A stretch of DNA of 64,000 bases from NCBI RefSeq assembly GCF_009914755.1, contig NC_060930.1. One strand, written 5' to 3'. Within the stretch, counting starts at the first letter, position 1. Each line of letters begins with the position of its first letter. Both the position numbers and the translations under genes were made by a program. Positions 27,131 through 43,056 of this stretch are shown in pieces. The notes below the pieces were generated by a model that made no database searches, was not told where the DNA came from, and saw only the letters and a list, made by a program, of their open reading frames with translations. This DNA comes from the human T2T-CHM13v2.0 reference genome, Homo sapiens.

Positions 27131-28288
27131 TAATAGACCTTCAATTACTGGTAGTTTCCATCATCTTAATGAGGATTATATCTTTATAGTGAGCACCCAT
27201 TAGATGGTGTTGATAAATACATCAATGAGTATTTTAGGCAGAAAGAAGAGTAAAGTAGAAGTACTGGCATTCTTTGCTGTACTCAGTTTTATTAACTGAT
27301 TTTATATTGATCACGTTCTTTGTTACATGTCAGTATTATAGTGGCAGTTGAAGGTGGTAATATTTTTAGATCTCCGTTAGTGAAATGACAGGCATTGAGC
27401 TCTCAGTCATACCTTTGTAGGCCTTCGTTGAGGTGAATACCTACCTCTTAACTAGAAAAAGATGGAGAATTTCTTGCTTGGAAGGAAATTAATGCAATGT
27501 CCAGGTCATCTCCTAAAAAGCCTGAAGGAAAATTGAGATTTCTCAGCAATGGACATTAAAGGTCATCAAGTTAAGCCAGCTGTACTTCTTTTCAAGAAGA
27601 CTGTTCTGTGCCCTCTTAGGCTAGCCAGACTGCCTCAGCCTTAAATATTGGCCCTGACTCTAAAGGACAGAGCTTCCTGATTTTGAGAGGTAAATTTAAA
27701 TGATTTATTTTGAGAACCACAGGTTGACTGTCTTTGTCTCCATCTTTCTCTGTGTCCTGCAGTCAGCAGGTTGCCCATGGTGGGGATTTCAATCATTTTT
27801 CTTCTGAACCACCAATTGTTATTGTTATTTTGCTGGAATGTTCTTTGTAGCCTTTATGTCTAGGCTCTTCAAGTTAGGATTCATATCTATGACATGTGCT
27901 GTACAGTGCTTCTACTGTGAGGTAGTCTCCCAGACAGAAACCACATGGGCCTTCAGGCATAGATGGTCAGTAAATAATTACTTTACAGTGGTGTCATTTC
28001 TTAGGAGACACAGAGTGAGACCTTAAGTGAGATCTTACCTACCTCCTCCCATCCAATCTATCCATACAAGGTTGGACCTAAAGCAGCCTTGAGCTTAATA
28101 ATGATGTGTGTTAGAACAAGGATACTGAGATTAGACTAAGGTGGTTCTTTAAGTCAGCCGTCTCTGACAAAGGGCACACAATGTACTGTCTGAGGTGTGT
28201 GGAGAAAATAGCAAAAGCTCTTTATCTCAGCCTTAATTTATATTTTGCAAATTCACTTTATTATATGTGTGTGTGTTCATACATATAC

Positions 28289-28438
28289 TTTTATTTATTT
28301 ATTTATTTTTATTTTTTAATAAAGACAAGGTCTTATTATGTTGCCCAGACTGGTCTCAAACTCTTGAGCTCAGGCAGTCCTCTCGCCTTGACCTCCCACA
28401 GTGCTAGGATTACAGGCATGAGCAACCGTGCTCAGCCC
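28289..28438 (-). mobile_element. FLAM / Alu left monomer with (TTTA)n tail
   Basis: Single Alu monomer in reverse orientation. Confidence 0.88.
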
Positions 28439-29475
28439 ATACATGCAGTTTATAAACAGCAAATACACACACAAATATATACATATTAAAGGTACATGGC
28501 CAGTTAGATAGGACTATGCAGTTTAAAAAGGTTAATGACTTCTTCAGTAAACAGATCATTTTCTTCTTAGTACTTTGAAAATTAGCTCTAAGGATTAGCA
28601 TTAGACCCATTATTATGTGGTTTAGTAAGTGAAGACCTCAGTGATTGATTAATCAGTCACCATTTGTATTTCAAGCAATTACTGTTTTGATCAGGTGAAG
28701 GGTATTGTCATATTTTAGAGGTGGGCAGCAGTGTAGAGTGGTTGGTCTACAACTATCAAAATGAGAGAGGCAGCTCTTTTTTAAGAAATTGTTTTGTGAT
28801 CACTGTGAGTCTACGAAGCAGATTGCAAAAAGTAGCTGTAGTAGCAAATGAAAGATCAGTTTGTCTTTGTGAGATAGATGGGAAAGACTTTTCTTTATAT
28901 GATGGCTTTTAGCCAGACAGAATTATTAACAGTTAAACTCATTGTAATCTTTAGATTAAAAAAAAATAAAAAAGCAACACGATGATCATTTTGGTATTTA
29001 AACAGAGAGAAATTAGATAGATGAAGGGTGTGTGGTCGTTCCCACTCCACCCCACCCCTACCATCTTTGTAGAGTTCTAGGATCTCCACAGTCAATGAAG
29101 AGTTGAAAAGTACTGCCAAGTCCTAGGTTGCTTTTGGTTAGAATGTGTGAGTTAAAGCACATCATACCTTCAGATTACTAGACAGAGTTTACATTTCTTC
29201 AGAGCTCAGAATGTTTTCCACATGTTCCCTTGTTAATTCTCACAACATTCCTGCCAAGAACAAGTATTTTGTGAAGGAAAGAGATCACTTTCCTTGGCAA
29301 CAAACTACAAGAAGATTCCCTTTTGTCCCTCATCTTTTCTAACTGTCAAGTTATACCTTCAGCTAATAAAATACTGTAACCGGAGTTACAGTCATCTCCT
29401 TTAATTTTATTTGGAAGGTATTTGGATATTTAGCTGGCTATCTTCATGACAGTATATTTTTATGTTTAAAGTGGG

Positions 29476-31280
29476 CACAGATTCAATGCAATCCCTATCA
29501 AAATACCAGTGACATTCTTCACAGAAATAGAAAAAAATCCTAAGATTTATATGGAACAACAAAAGACCCAGAATAGACAAAGCTATCGTAAGCAAAAAGA
29601 ACAAAACTGGAGGAATGACATTATGAGACTTCAATTTATACTACAGAGCTATACTAACCAGAACAACCTCAAACTGGCATAAAAAGATATGTAGACCAAT
29701 GGAATGGAATAGAGAACCCAGAAACAAATCCACACACCTACAGTGAACTCATTTTTGACAAAGGTGCCAAGAACATATACTAGAGAAAAGAAAATATCTC
29801 CAATAAATGGTGCTGGGAAAACTGGATACTCATGTGCAGAAGTATGAAACTAGACCCCTGTCTCTCTCCACATACAAAAATAAAATCAAAGTGGATTAAA
29901 GACTTAAATCTGAAACCTCAAACTATGAAACTACTACAAGAAAAGATTGGGAGAAATATCCAGGACATTGGTCTGGGCAAAAATTTCTTGAGCATACCCC
30001 ACAAGCACAGGCAACCAAAGCTAAAATGGACAAATGCGATCACATCAGGTTAAACAGCTTCTGCACAGCAAAGAATACAGCTAACAAAGTGAAGAGACAA
30101 CCCAGAGAATGGGAGAAAATATTTGCAAACTACTCATCTGACAAGGGATTAATAACCAGAATATTTAAGGAGCTCCAACAACTAAATAGGACAAAATCTA
30201 ATAATCGATCAAAAAAACAGACAGAAGATTTGAATAGACATTTCTCAAAAGAAGACCTATGAATGGCAAACAGACATATAAAAAGTTGCTCAACATCATT
30301 GATCGTCAGAGAACTACAAATCAAAACTACAATGAGATGTCATCTCACCCCAATTAAACTGGCTTATATTCAGAAGACAGGCAATAACAAGTATTGACAA
30401 GGATGTGGAGAAAAGGAATTCCTTGTACACTGTTGGTGGGAATGTAAATTATTACAACCACTATGGAGAACAGTTTGGAGGTTTCTCAAATAATTGGGCT
30501 CCCATATGATCCAGCCATTCCACTGCTGGGTACATAGCCAAAATAAGGAAATAAGTATACTGAAGTGGTATCTGCACTCCCATATATATTGCAGCACTAT
30601 TCACAATAGCTAAGAATGTTTCCAGCATGAAATGTTTCCTTGCTGTTAGGTTACTGGAAGTTTATATGATATTTTAAAAATTGATTCAGAAGCTAAAGAG
30701 TGTTGGTATTAAATCAGAAGTGGCCCCATAAATCTTAGTAATACCTACACTTATGTGTTTTATCTCCTGGTAGAGTCAATATTCATGGAAACAATATTCA
30801 TTGGAAGCAACCTAAGTATCTACCAACAGATGAATGGATAAAGAAAATGTGGTACTTATACACAATGGAGTATTATTCAACCATAAGAAAGAATGAGATC
30901 CAGTCATTCTTTTTTTATCTGTTCCATCATTTGCAACAACATGGATGGAACTGGAGGTCATTATGTTAATTGAAATAAGCCAGGCACAGAAAGACAAACG
31001 TTGTACTTTCTCTTTTATTTGTGGGATCTAAAAATCAAAGCCGTTGAACTCATGGACATAAAAAGTAGAAGGTTGGTTACCAGAGGCTGGGAAGGGTACT
31101 GAAGGGTTGGGGAAAGAGGCGGGGATGGTTGATGGGTACCAAAAAAATAGAATGAATAAGATTCACTATGTGATAGCACAACAGTGTGACTACAGTCAAT
31201 AATAACTTACTTAAAGAGTGTAATTGTATTGCTTGTAACTCAAAGGGTAAATGCTTGAGGGGATGGATACACCTTTTCAT
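29476..31280 (+). mobile_element. L1 (L1MA-like) ORF2 C-terminal region and 3' UTR, interrupted by a non-L1 insertion at about 30616-30800
   Basis: ORF fragments at 29832 and 30026 are L1 ORF2-like ([21 protein letters not shown]; [14 protein letters not shown]); 3' UTR aatgcttgaggggatggatac. Confidence 0.93.
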
Positions 31281-31819
31281 TTTATAGTCCTTTTATTTCT
31301 GAAATTAAAATAAGAAAGAATTCATAGGCAAGTTTGTGGACTTGACAGTATTGTCAACAGACTTTTGCTCCGCTCTATCTATATTCACTTTTACTCTTCT
31401 TCCAGCACATATGTTGAGTAGATAATATTCTCTCTGATAGACTTGAAAAAGGATGGTTAAAACATGCTGTGTGTATGTTTAAAATGTGATTATAATTAGT
31501 AGAGCAGCAAATAAAATAACTATTTGTGAGGCCATAAGGGAGCTGTAGAAGTGTCTGAGATTAAAGCAGATGAGACTAAGAACTGTTCCATTAAATATCA
31601 AGGCAGTTTTTCCAGAAAGTGTCATCTTTTTACCCTATAAGAAGCATGTTAATTCAATTTTACTTTATATCCCTCTCTCCCTCCCTCCCTATTTTCGGTC
31701 ACCTGTTTTCCTTTCAGTGTGACAAACAGTGACATGAACTAGAATAGCTTTGTATTGTTCATTGTTCTCTTTTTTCCCCCAAAAAAGAGAACAGTTTTTC
31801 CCTTTTCTTGACTCACTTC

Positions 31820-32125
31820 TTTTTTTATTTGAGATAGAATCTTGCTTTGTCACCCAGGCTGGAGTACAGTGGTACAGTGGTGCGATCTTGGCACACTGCA
31901 ACCTCTGTCTCCCGGGTTCAAGTTATTCTCCTGCCTCACCCCCACCCCCCAAGTAGCTGGGATTACAGGCACCTGCCACCACACCCGGCTAATTTTTGTA
32001 TTTTTAGTAGAGACAGGGTTTCACCATGTTGGCCAGGCTGGTCTTGAACTCCTGACCTCAAGTGAACCACCTGCCTCGGCCTCCCAAAGTGCTGGGATGA
32101 CAGGCATGAGCCACCACACCCAGCC
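31820..32125 (-). mobile_element. Alu (AluS-type)
   Basis: TSD ttgactcacttctttt on both sides; internal tacagtgg duplication. Confidence 0.95.
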
Positions 32126-32507
32126 TTGACTCACTTCTTTTGTACAGCCTGCTTATGATATTGTTTCTTCTTGCAAAGACGAGAAGAAAACCCCCTTCAT
32201 CTGGAAGTTAAGAGAAGATTGATGTGCTGAACACTTTCACATCAGTGTTTGGAAGCCAGTTAAAGGGAAATGTTTCCTTGTTGTTAGGTTACTGAAAAGT
32301 TTATATGAGATTTTTAGAATTGATTCAGAAGCTAAAGGTGTTGGTATTAAATCAGAAGTGGCCCCGTAAATCTTGGTAATACCTACACTTGTGTGTTCTG
32401 TCTCCTGGTAGAGTCAATATTCATGGAAACATTTCAGCCAGTACATTTAATCCTAGAGAGTTGTGTCAGTGGCTATGAACTGTATTGTTCAATATTACAC
32501 ACTATAG

Positions 32508-32968
<461 letters not shown>

Positions 32969-35900
32969 TAGAAATTTGACCTACTTATGTAATATGCAAG
33001 TTCCCATCAGGAGAATATTAGGGAAGATATAAACCTTTCATTTTTTATTAGTGTTTAATGTAACCATTGAAGAAAGATCAAAACAGTAAATCTGTCATGG
33101 CAAGGAAAAAGTATTTAAATAAATGTTTTACCTTATGCACTCATCATCTTGGGTCCTGAAGGAGTTCATTTGATTCCTGGGGCAGGGGACAAAAGGAATA
33201 TCAAATATTTGGCAAGATTGCAAAAATTTCTCTAATCAAAAAGGTGCCATCTGACCATGTTTTGCCACAGAAAGCAGTTCTCACCAAAGTTTATCATGGC
33301 ATGTCATAGTGGCTGTTTGCTGACAGTGTGTGGGTTTTGGCCATTCAGTGGATGACTGGGAAAGGGAAATAATCTACTAATTGCTTTCCCTTGGGTTTTT
33401 TGTTTCCCTGGAAGAACTTTAATCAGTCTGCTTCTATTGTTTATGTTGAAGAATAGAATGAAGGAGTGAGGTAAAATATACTAATAATTAGATGATTTGA
33501 TACTCAATATGTAAATAATAGGTGGGTTTAAAGGCACCTCACACAATGTATAGATTTCAGATAAGATGAGGGAAAATTAACTGTTTTGTAATTGGAGCCC
33601 TAAATGAGAGTTAGGTCCCATTGCCACCTATGTTTGTGTTACAGCACAATGTATAATGTGTCAGTTTGCTATACTTAAAGTCAAAAACTTGTATCCAAGG
33701 CCTCGTTTGGGCTTTACTCAGGAGAAGCAGGGGCTCCTCTTCTGAGAAAAGGCTGAACATAAGTGAATAAGTGGAACATCAAGCCAGGATGCAGTCTAGT
33801 CAAGAGGAATTTTTGCACTTGAAAAATAAAAATGCACTCTAGTATAAAAACGAAGGGAAGCGTCATGTGGCTTGTTGCTCTTTTGGAGATGTGTGTGTGT
33901 AAGAAGTCCAGGCTTTGCTGTTGAGCTTTTCGTGATTCACATGCTTTGCACAAAGTCAGTTTGCATCAGTCCACAAATGCAGTTACAGCTGGTTTTTTTT
34001 TTTAATAGTCATTTATTTTATCATAGGTTGCATTCTTACCAAGGAGAAAGAGCCCTGAACTTTCATTAATTAGCTGTTCTGTTGCTCCACTGGGGCAAAA
34101 TGCCTGAGCCAATACTATTTAAAAAGCATATCGGGAATTTAATTCCCCTCTCCTCCTTTGAAACTTTAGGATTTTTTTTTTTTTTTTTTTTTTTCTTGGT
34201 GGGGGTGTATAGGTCTGGGGAGTGCCTTTCAGGTGCTGCTCCATAGCATGTGTGTGCCTGTTAGAAGGCAGCATGTTAGAAACGCAGCCTTCCCAAAGCA
34301 GTCTTACCAGAAGGAGTGGGATAGAACAGCCACAAAGCAACATTATAAATCGTCTGAGCCTTGCAATGATACTGCCCATTAAGGAGCCTTTTTTTTTTTT
34401 TTTTGCCCCACTCAGTTCCTGGCTCTACTAATAGAACAGCGCATCAAGCAAGGCTGTAAATAAAAGTTATTACATAATAGGTGGGTGCCGAAGTGGAACA
34501 GACGGAGCTGAGGCATGGAGGCCTTATTACTGCTCATCAGCAATTATAAACAGGATAAAGTGTCTGGGACTTGCGCTGATGCAGCGAGGGCTAATAGAGG
34601 CTGGGGATGACACTGGGCAATGATAGGATGATGTATGCTGATGGGTTTTACTGCCTCATCTTGCTGCTAGCTTCCAAGACAAGTTGTATTCTCTGTTTTC
34701 CTGCTTGCTCATCTGTCTGAAGAGATGGTCCCATTGCCTCTCCCGCCAGCAGGTGGGCTGGCATTTATTCCTCATACCTGTGTCTGCTTCCAAGGCACCC
34801 CCCTCGAGAAGGATCTTCAGAAATATTTCATAATCATGGCCGATTAAAGTTGTAATCTTATTGTATAGTCTGCCATCATAGTTACAGATCACACCCTCAG
34901 AAGGAGTTGCTTATGTGGATTATAGCACCAGCTGAGACACTGTGGTTAGGCAGCCAGTCCAGCACTTTACTAAAAGACTGCTGTGACAGAGTCCTGTAGT
35001 AGATTCTGTAGGAACATGCAAAAGAAGTGATAAATGTGTATCTTGCCCCTGGGAGCTTACACCATAGAGAGAATAAGTACAGAAACAAGTACAACTAATT
35101 CCAGCTTTTGCGAGCAAGAGATGTAACTTATGTTTATTTCAAAAAGTAAAGAACAGGAAGATAGATTATGCCAATCATTAGGAGCAAATATAGTACTAAT
35201 GTTGTATTTTTCTTTTCAAGAATTATCTTCCTCGTGAAATGCTTAGAATTCACTTTAGAGTCATGGGGAATGATGAAGGGATACTAGAATGTGGAGGGAA
35301 AGTCTAGGAGTAGGACTGTGTTTTCCAGTGAATGGAAAACTTCAAATGTGACTTGGCAATGCTTTTGAGTAGCACATGAGCACCTAGTACTTGGAAAAAC
35401 TGAGATACAGCTCTGTTCAACTTCGAGTGCTCAACTTCACTAAATCACAGTAATGAGACCTTTGAGATAGGAGAAATCTGTAACGGAGCCACAGAAGAAT
35501 ACTTTTTGGAAAGGGCTTTCCGGTTTGATCCAGGAGTTTATCAGCATTCTGGTACTTCATGTATTTGTCATTTGTGCCTTTAAGTAAATACACATCTTTA
35601 TGTGTAGTACCCTCAAAACTAACCTATCAGGAGACTTCCTACTGTTAGAGATATTGTAGTTTTTCTCTGATGCCTTAAGGTGTGCCTAGGTGTATCTCAG
35701 TTTTGAAGAAGCCTAATACATGCTAATCCCAGTAGTATAAGCTACATAAACTAAGAATTAATGTTATAGGAGGATCCTTCAGTCTATAAAATGCCTTGCC
35801 ATTGGGTTAATGTAAATAGGTTTTTCCTTTTGCATATAAAGTAATACTTGACTTGCCAAAAAAACCAGTTCCTACTGATTTATTCAGGAATGTTCTGTGG

Positions 35901-37488
35901 GTAGTGGCCAGTGGAATAGAGAAAGAGAGATAAATCTGATTAAGATATGTTTGAAAAGAGTAATTGACAGGATTTGATGGCTGATTAGAGTTGGCTGAAG
36001 AAAGACTGCAAAGTATAAATCTGGAGAACTGAGGGAAGAAAGATGTAACTGACAGGGAAGGAGTAGGAAGAAAACTTGATTGAAACTATTTTCAGTTTCT
36101 GATGAGTTAAATTATTATAGTCCTATAGAAAATTATAAATATGAGCCTGTTTTAGAAATTGCTAATTTAGAAACAATGATTAAAACTGTGCAAATGAATA
36201 AAGAAGAAGAATGGGGGGTAAGGACTGTGTTTCAGGGCAGGAAAGAGAAAGAGGAGCCAGTGAGTTAAGGAAGCTAAAGAAAGGAGAAAGCTTCCCACAG
36301 GATCATGAAAGATGCATGAGAAGAGGGATCAGGAAATGTGAGGACTAAGGAAAGCTATGGCCATGGCTAGCAGAAGATCACTGGAAAACCTGAACGAAGT
36401 TTGTGTAATGTGTGGGAAACGAAAGCCTGAAATCATTAAAGAGGGCCTTGATAACAAGGAAATAAAGGCAGCAGACAGAAATCATTCATTATGGAGTTAA
36501 TTGAACCATTAAAAACTAGCAAATAGTGGTGGTTGGAGGGAGAGACAGGGTCGGGCATTTTTTGGTGTGGAGGTGGTTAAAATAGTGAACTATTTTGCCC
36601 CTACTAAAATACAAAGAAAAGGGATCCAGGAAGAGAAATAGAAAAGATTAGAGGAGAAATGGAAGAGGCATACAAGCAAGACTCAGCAGAGGCAGAAACC
36701 CAGAAGGGTTATTTCTATCTAAGAGTGTAAGGAAGGACATACAGTCAGAGATTTTCTCAGTAAATGAGTAGATAGTTAGCTGAGACAAGATGAACTAGGG
36801 AGTTTCTCCTAGAAAAGGTGGTCGCCGTGTTCTGATTAAAGGAAAAAATAATACCATAAGTTGTAAGTAGCAGCAGAGAGCTGAGGGTATAAGGAAGGAA
36901 CTATTGTGGACTGAGGAGGGAAGATAGCATCTACAAGTAGTAGCTAATTCAAGCTGTCATTAAGTAGTTTAAGTTTATAGTGGGCCAAAGTAACACTTTC
37001 CATGGGTACTGCATTTAATCCAGAAGAAAAAAAAAAAGCAAAGGGGAACAAGTGGTGCTCTCTTTGTTTTTTAATAAGATTTCATTTTTATAAAAGTAAC
37101 ATATGGTAACACACCATATCACAGAATAGCTTAGAAAAGAAAGTAATAACTTGGATATGATCCTACTCCACAAAGCTGACCAGTGTTTCTCTCTTGACAG
37201 TTTTAGTACCTTTGTTCTGTAGGTTACCTTGTAATTATGAGAGGAAAATAATGCTTAAAGTCCTCCTTTTTGAGATGTCAACTGGCATGAAATAGGAAGA
37301 TTTAGCTTATACTATTCCTCATCCCAGTGTTTGCTATTTTATTGTTGATTTTCATTCTTTCCTGATCCATCAACTTTCAGCATCATCTCTTAATGAGGAT
37401 ATTAATACATCTGATTGGAAATACTTATTCATCATATCTTCGGTCGGCTACACTTGTAATTTTTATATGTCATGGTTGTTAGTTAATA

Positions 37489-37708
37489 CAGGTTGAGTAT
37501 CCCTTTATCCAAACTGCTGGGGTCCAGAAGCGTTTCAGGTTTCAGATTTTTTAATATTTGCATTATACTTACTGGTTGATCATCCCAAATCTGAGAATCC
37601 CAAATCTGAAATACTCCAATGAGCATTTCCTTTGAGCACCATGTTCCAGAGCTCAACATTTTGTAGCATTTTGGATTTCAGATTTGAGGATTAGGGATAC
37701 TCAACCTG
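37489..37708. mobile_element. Tigger4a/MER46-like MITE
   Basis: Perfect 16-bp TIRs caggttgagtatccct / agggatactcaacctg with TA duplications. Confidence 0.88.
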
Positions 37709-38445
37709 TATTTACAGTCAGGCTGTAACCAGAAGCAAATCCTCCATGTATGTTCATAGGTTGTTCCTAAAAAATTGAAAGCCCAATATATGACATTTAC
37801 ATTATTATGACTCTGTAAACGTTCCCTGTCAGGCCACCGTGATACATGCTAAGAATATATTTCTTTTTCTATGGGTCTAATGAAAACAGTTAATGGTGAA
37901 CTATTTAGAAAGCAAGCTTTCATTTACTTTTCAGGGCTAGCATCTGTGAGCCATTGCATAAGAATCTCTGAGCCATGGAAAAAGAATGTTACTACAGCAA
38001 AGCCAAATTGATCCTTTATTATATTCCATCAGTTGCTCAAAAATCATGCCACATCTTAGTTTGCCTTATATTTGCATTATAGCTTTTTAATACAGGTCCC
38101 CCCACCCCTGGCATTTATAATTGCCTTTCTTTTTTTTTCTACAGTATTTGGTTTTACGTCACCACTTACTTCCTAACTCTGTATTTACACCTTTCACCTG
38201 AAACCTTTTTCCTAGCGCCTACCGGTCTTTCCTCTCCAATCTGAACTAGATTCTGTAAGCCCGCGGTGACATCCTAGAATTTCCTTTCACTGCTCAAGCT
38301 TTTATTCTCTCATTTTTCCAAATACACCCCCAAGTTAGTGCCTAAAAGAAGCAGTGTTAGAGTTCCTGCATATCTGAAAATTTTTTTCTGCTTCCATTAT
38401 GTTGGAAAATTTGAGTAACAATTCTCGGATGAAAGTCATTGCTTC

Positions 38446-38740
38446 AGCCAGACACGGTGGCTCATACCTGTAATTCCCAGCACTTTGGGAGGTGGAGGTG
38501 GGTGGATTGCTTGAGCCCAGGAATTGGAGACCAGCCTGGGCAACATGGTGAGGCTTTGTGTCTACAATCAATACAGAAAATTAGCCAGGCATAGTGGTGC
38601 GCACCTGTGGTCCCAGCTACTTGGGAAACTGAAGTATGAGGATCACCTGAGCCCAGGAGGTCGTGGCTACAGCGAGCCATGATTGCACCACTGCACTCCA
38701 GCCTGGGCAACAGAGCTGAGATGCTGTTTCAAAAAAAAAA
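38446..38740 (+). mobile_element. Alu (AluJ-type)
   Basis: Full dimer; flanks aaagt(c/a)attgc. Confidence 0.93.
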
Positions 38741-38845
38741 GTAATTGCATTCTTGTCTTCTAGTATTCCATGTTACTACTAAGAAGTCAGATGCCACTGA
38801 TTATCATTTTTATGAGTAATATACCTGGATTTTTTTCACTTTTAG

Positions 38846-39167
<322 letters not shown>

Positions 39168-39786
39168 AGGGTTGTGTTTTTATAAGCTTAGTGTTCTAAA
39201 ATTTGTAGTGAAGTGTGTATTAGGCATCCCTTTTTTCCATTCAAGATGCGAATACTTGCTAGGTCCCTTAGATCTGAAGACTGATGCCCTTCTTCAGCGC
39301 TGGAACTCTTTTATTTTCCCCTATCAACTTTGTGGGGGTTTTTTTGTTTTGTTTTGTTTTTCTGGGATGCTTATAATTTAGATGTTGGAAGTGCTATTTT
39401 GATAATCTTTCTCTAATTCTTTTCTCAGAGTCTTCATTTCCTGTTTTCTGGATGATTCTGTTGACTTTGTCTTCTGACCCTTTTATTTCAACAATCATAC
39501 TTTGAGCTCACTTTTGTTCTCTGAAGATTTTTTTTCGTAATGTTCTTTCCTTATTTATGTATATAATAATTCCATGGTAATGTCTTCTAAGCATATTCAT
39601 TAGCGGTTAGATTTGTCATTGTGCTCTTCTGTTTTCTGAATTACCAGTAATTACCTTGAGACCGGGTTTTCTGTTTATCTTGGTCTTCTTCATGCTCTAA
39701 TTCTCCTCATTTACCTGGCAAAGCTTGGTTTTCTGTTGACTTTTAAGAAAGAGGCTGTGGATGAGTGGGGAAGATAGGACTGTTTT

Positions 39787-40082
39787 GGTTTTTGAGAGTC
39801 TCACTCTATTCACCTAGTCTGGAGTGCAGTGGCGTGATCACCGCTCACTGCAGCCTTGACCTCCTGGGCTCAAACGATCCTCCTACCTCAGCCTCCTGAG
39901 TAGCTGGAACCACAGTCCTGCACCAGCACACCCGGTTAATTTTTCATTTTTTTTTTTTTTTTTTTAAGAGACGGAGTCTCGCTTGTTGTCCAGGTTGGTC
40001 TTGAACTTTTGCTCTCAAGTGATCCTCCTACCTCTGCCACCCAAAGTGCTAGAATTACAGGTGTGAGCCACCGCACCCAGCC
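39787..40082 (-). mobile_element. Alu (AluJ-type)
   Basis: TSD taggactgtttt. Confidence 0.93.
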
Positions 40083-40771
40083 TAGGACTGTTTTCTACTA
40101 TATCTCTTTGTTATGTGAGAATTTTTACTGGGGGCTGTGTGTGGGAAGCAGTGAGTATAGGTATTAACTGGCAGAATTAGTGGTAAGGAGGTTGAGAACC
40201 TGCTGTTAGGCTTTCAAATTCAGGAGGAGAATTCGACTATAAGGGACCATAGAAACAGCTTTGCCTAGACAGATCATCCAGTTGCTTTGAAGAAGAGCTG
40301 TCTAGATTTTTGCCAGGTAAACGTGGGCTGGCTGCCATAAAGTTATTATGAAGGAAGTGAGATAATTTATCTAAAGCACCTCACCTAGCATGATGCCTAG
40401 TAAATGCTCAGTAGATAATAGAGATGTAGACAGATGGTACCTGACAATCTTGAATGAAATGAGACTGAAGAGAAACTTGAGGGAGTGTAGAGGAAAGTGA
40501 GAAAGAACTTAGAGATGGAATCAGAAGCTGATAATAAGCACCTGAGGCCAGTCAGATTGGAGAATGCAGACATGGAAAGGAGGTAGAAGTCAGTGGAGAT
40601 AGGGAAGGAGGGAGAGCCATAGCAGCCCTTGTTTGAACAGGTGAGCGCTGTGAATGACAGGAAGCTCAGAAAGCCCCTTTGTCCTTTCTTAAGAAAATTG
40701 AGAATTATAATTGGGAAAATCAGACTTCCTTTTTTGTTGTATTGCTTTTTTCTAGCCTGGCCCCACCCCGC

Positions 40772-41661
<890 letters not shown>

Positions 41662-42682
41662 TAGGCCTTGGAAGTTAAATATTTCCGTATGTATTGGTGG
41701 AAAGTAATTCTTAACAGAGATTTCACAAGCTTGCCTTTTAAAAACATAAATATTCCTATTTCCTGAGGTCTCTAAGCTTTTATACTAACAACTGAGAACT
41801 CTTCTTTCTAGGGCACATCACAATTTAGGGGCCACAGAGGGTTAATAGTTTCTTGCGATTAAAATCTGGGTAAGAAAGACTGGCTGTTGCATCCAAACCA
41901 ACAACATGAGAAGATACTTTAGCCAATAAATTCACTGGTTTATGATTAAAAATCAGACAGTTTAACCTTGGAGGCATTTTTGTCATGGGGGACTTAATAT
42001 TGTGATTAGTTATCTGAACAGCCAAGTGCCTCTGTGGGTTCAGTTAACCAGCCTCCCACTATATATGTATAATTATTTCTAGTGCATACACATACTCTGC
42101 CATAAAAGCTTATTTGGCCTTATGCACCCCGTCATTCTGAATTCTCTGTTTCATTACCAGTATCCACCCACAGAGTTTCAGAAAGCCATTCCCAAATAGC
42201 AGAACCACAACTCAGAATTTTAAATAAACTACACCTCCATTAGCTCAATAGGACAGGGGAATTAGTTACATGCTATGCATTTCCCACACCCATCCACCCT
42301 TTCAAAACTTACTAAAAATGTATACATATATAAGCAAGAAAATAGGGCATTTAACTCAGATTGTGTTAATTTTTCTGTTACTTTAGCAAGGAGTAAAGAA
42401 AAAGACTATAGCAGACAATCTTTAAAATTTTTACCTTGAATATGGGTCCCAAGGTATATATGTATTTACTTGAAAAATGTACTGGGTGCTGCTGCTTTTT
42501 TTCTAGAGGAAGTCAAACAACTCTCTTCAAAGATAGTGTTATTACATTACAGCTTGAATTATATGTCCAAATATGCAGATGGCTTTTAAAAGAAAGCTGT
42601 ATGCAGGGAGAGAACTCATGTAGTACCATTTTGAATGAGAGGTGTTAGCTGTAGCAGAATTTGTTTTCCAGCTTGGCATTAA

Positions 42683-43056
<374 letters not shown>

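Noticed and set aside
28181-28489. 102-aa ATG-initiated ORF
   Set aside because: Runs through a (TTTA)n tail and an antisense Alu monomer; typical spurious Alu ORF
29832-30262. L1 ORF2-like peptides
   Set aside because: Frameshifted fragments of a dead, 5' truncated L1
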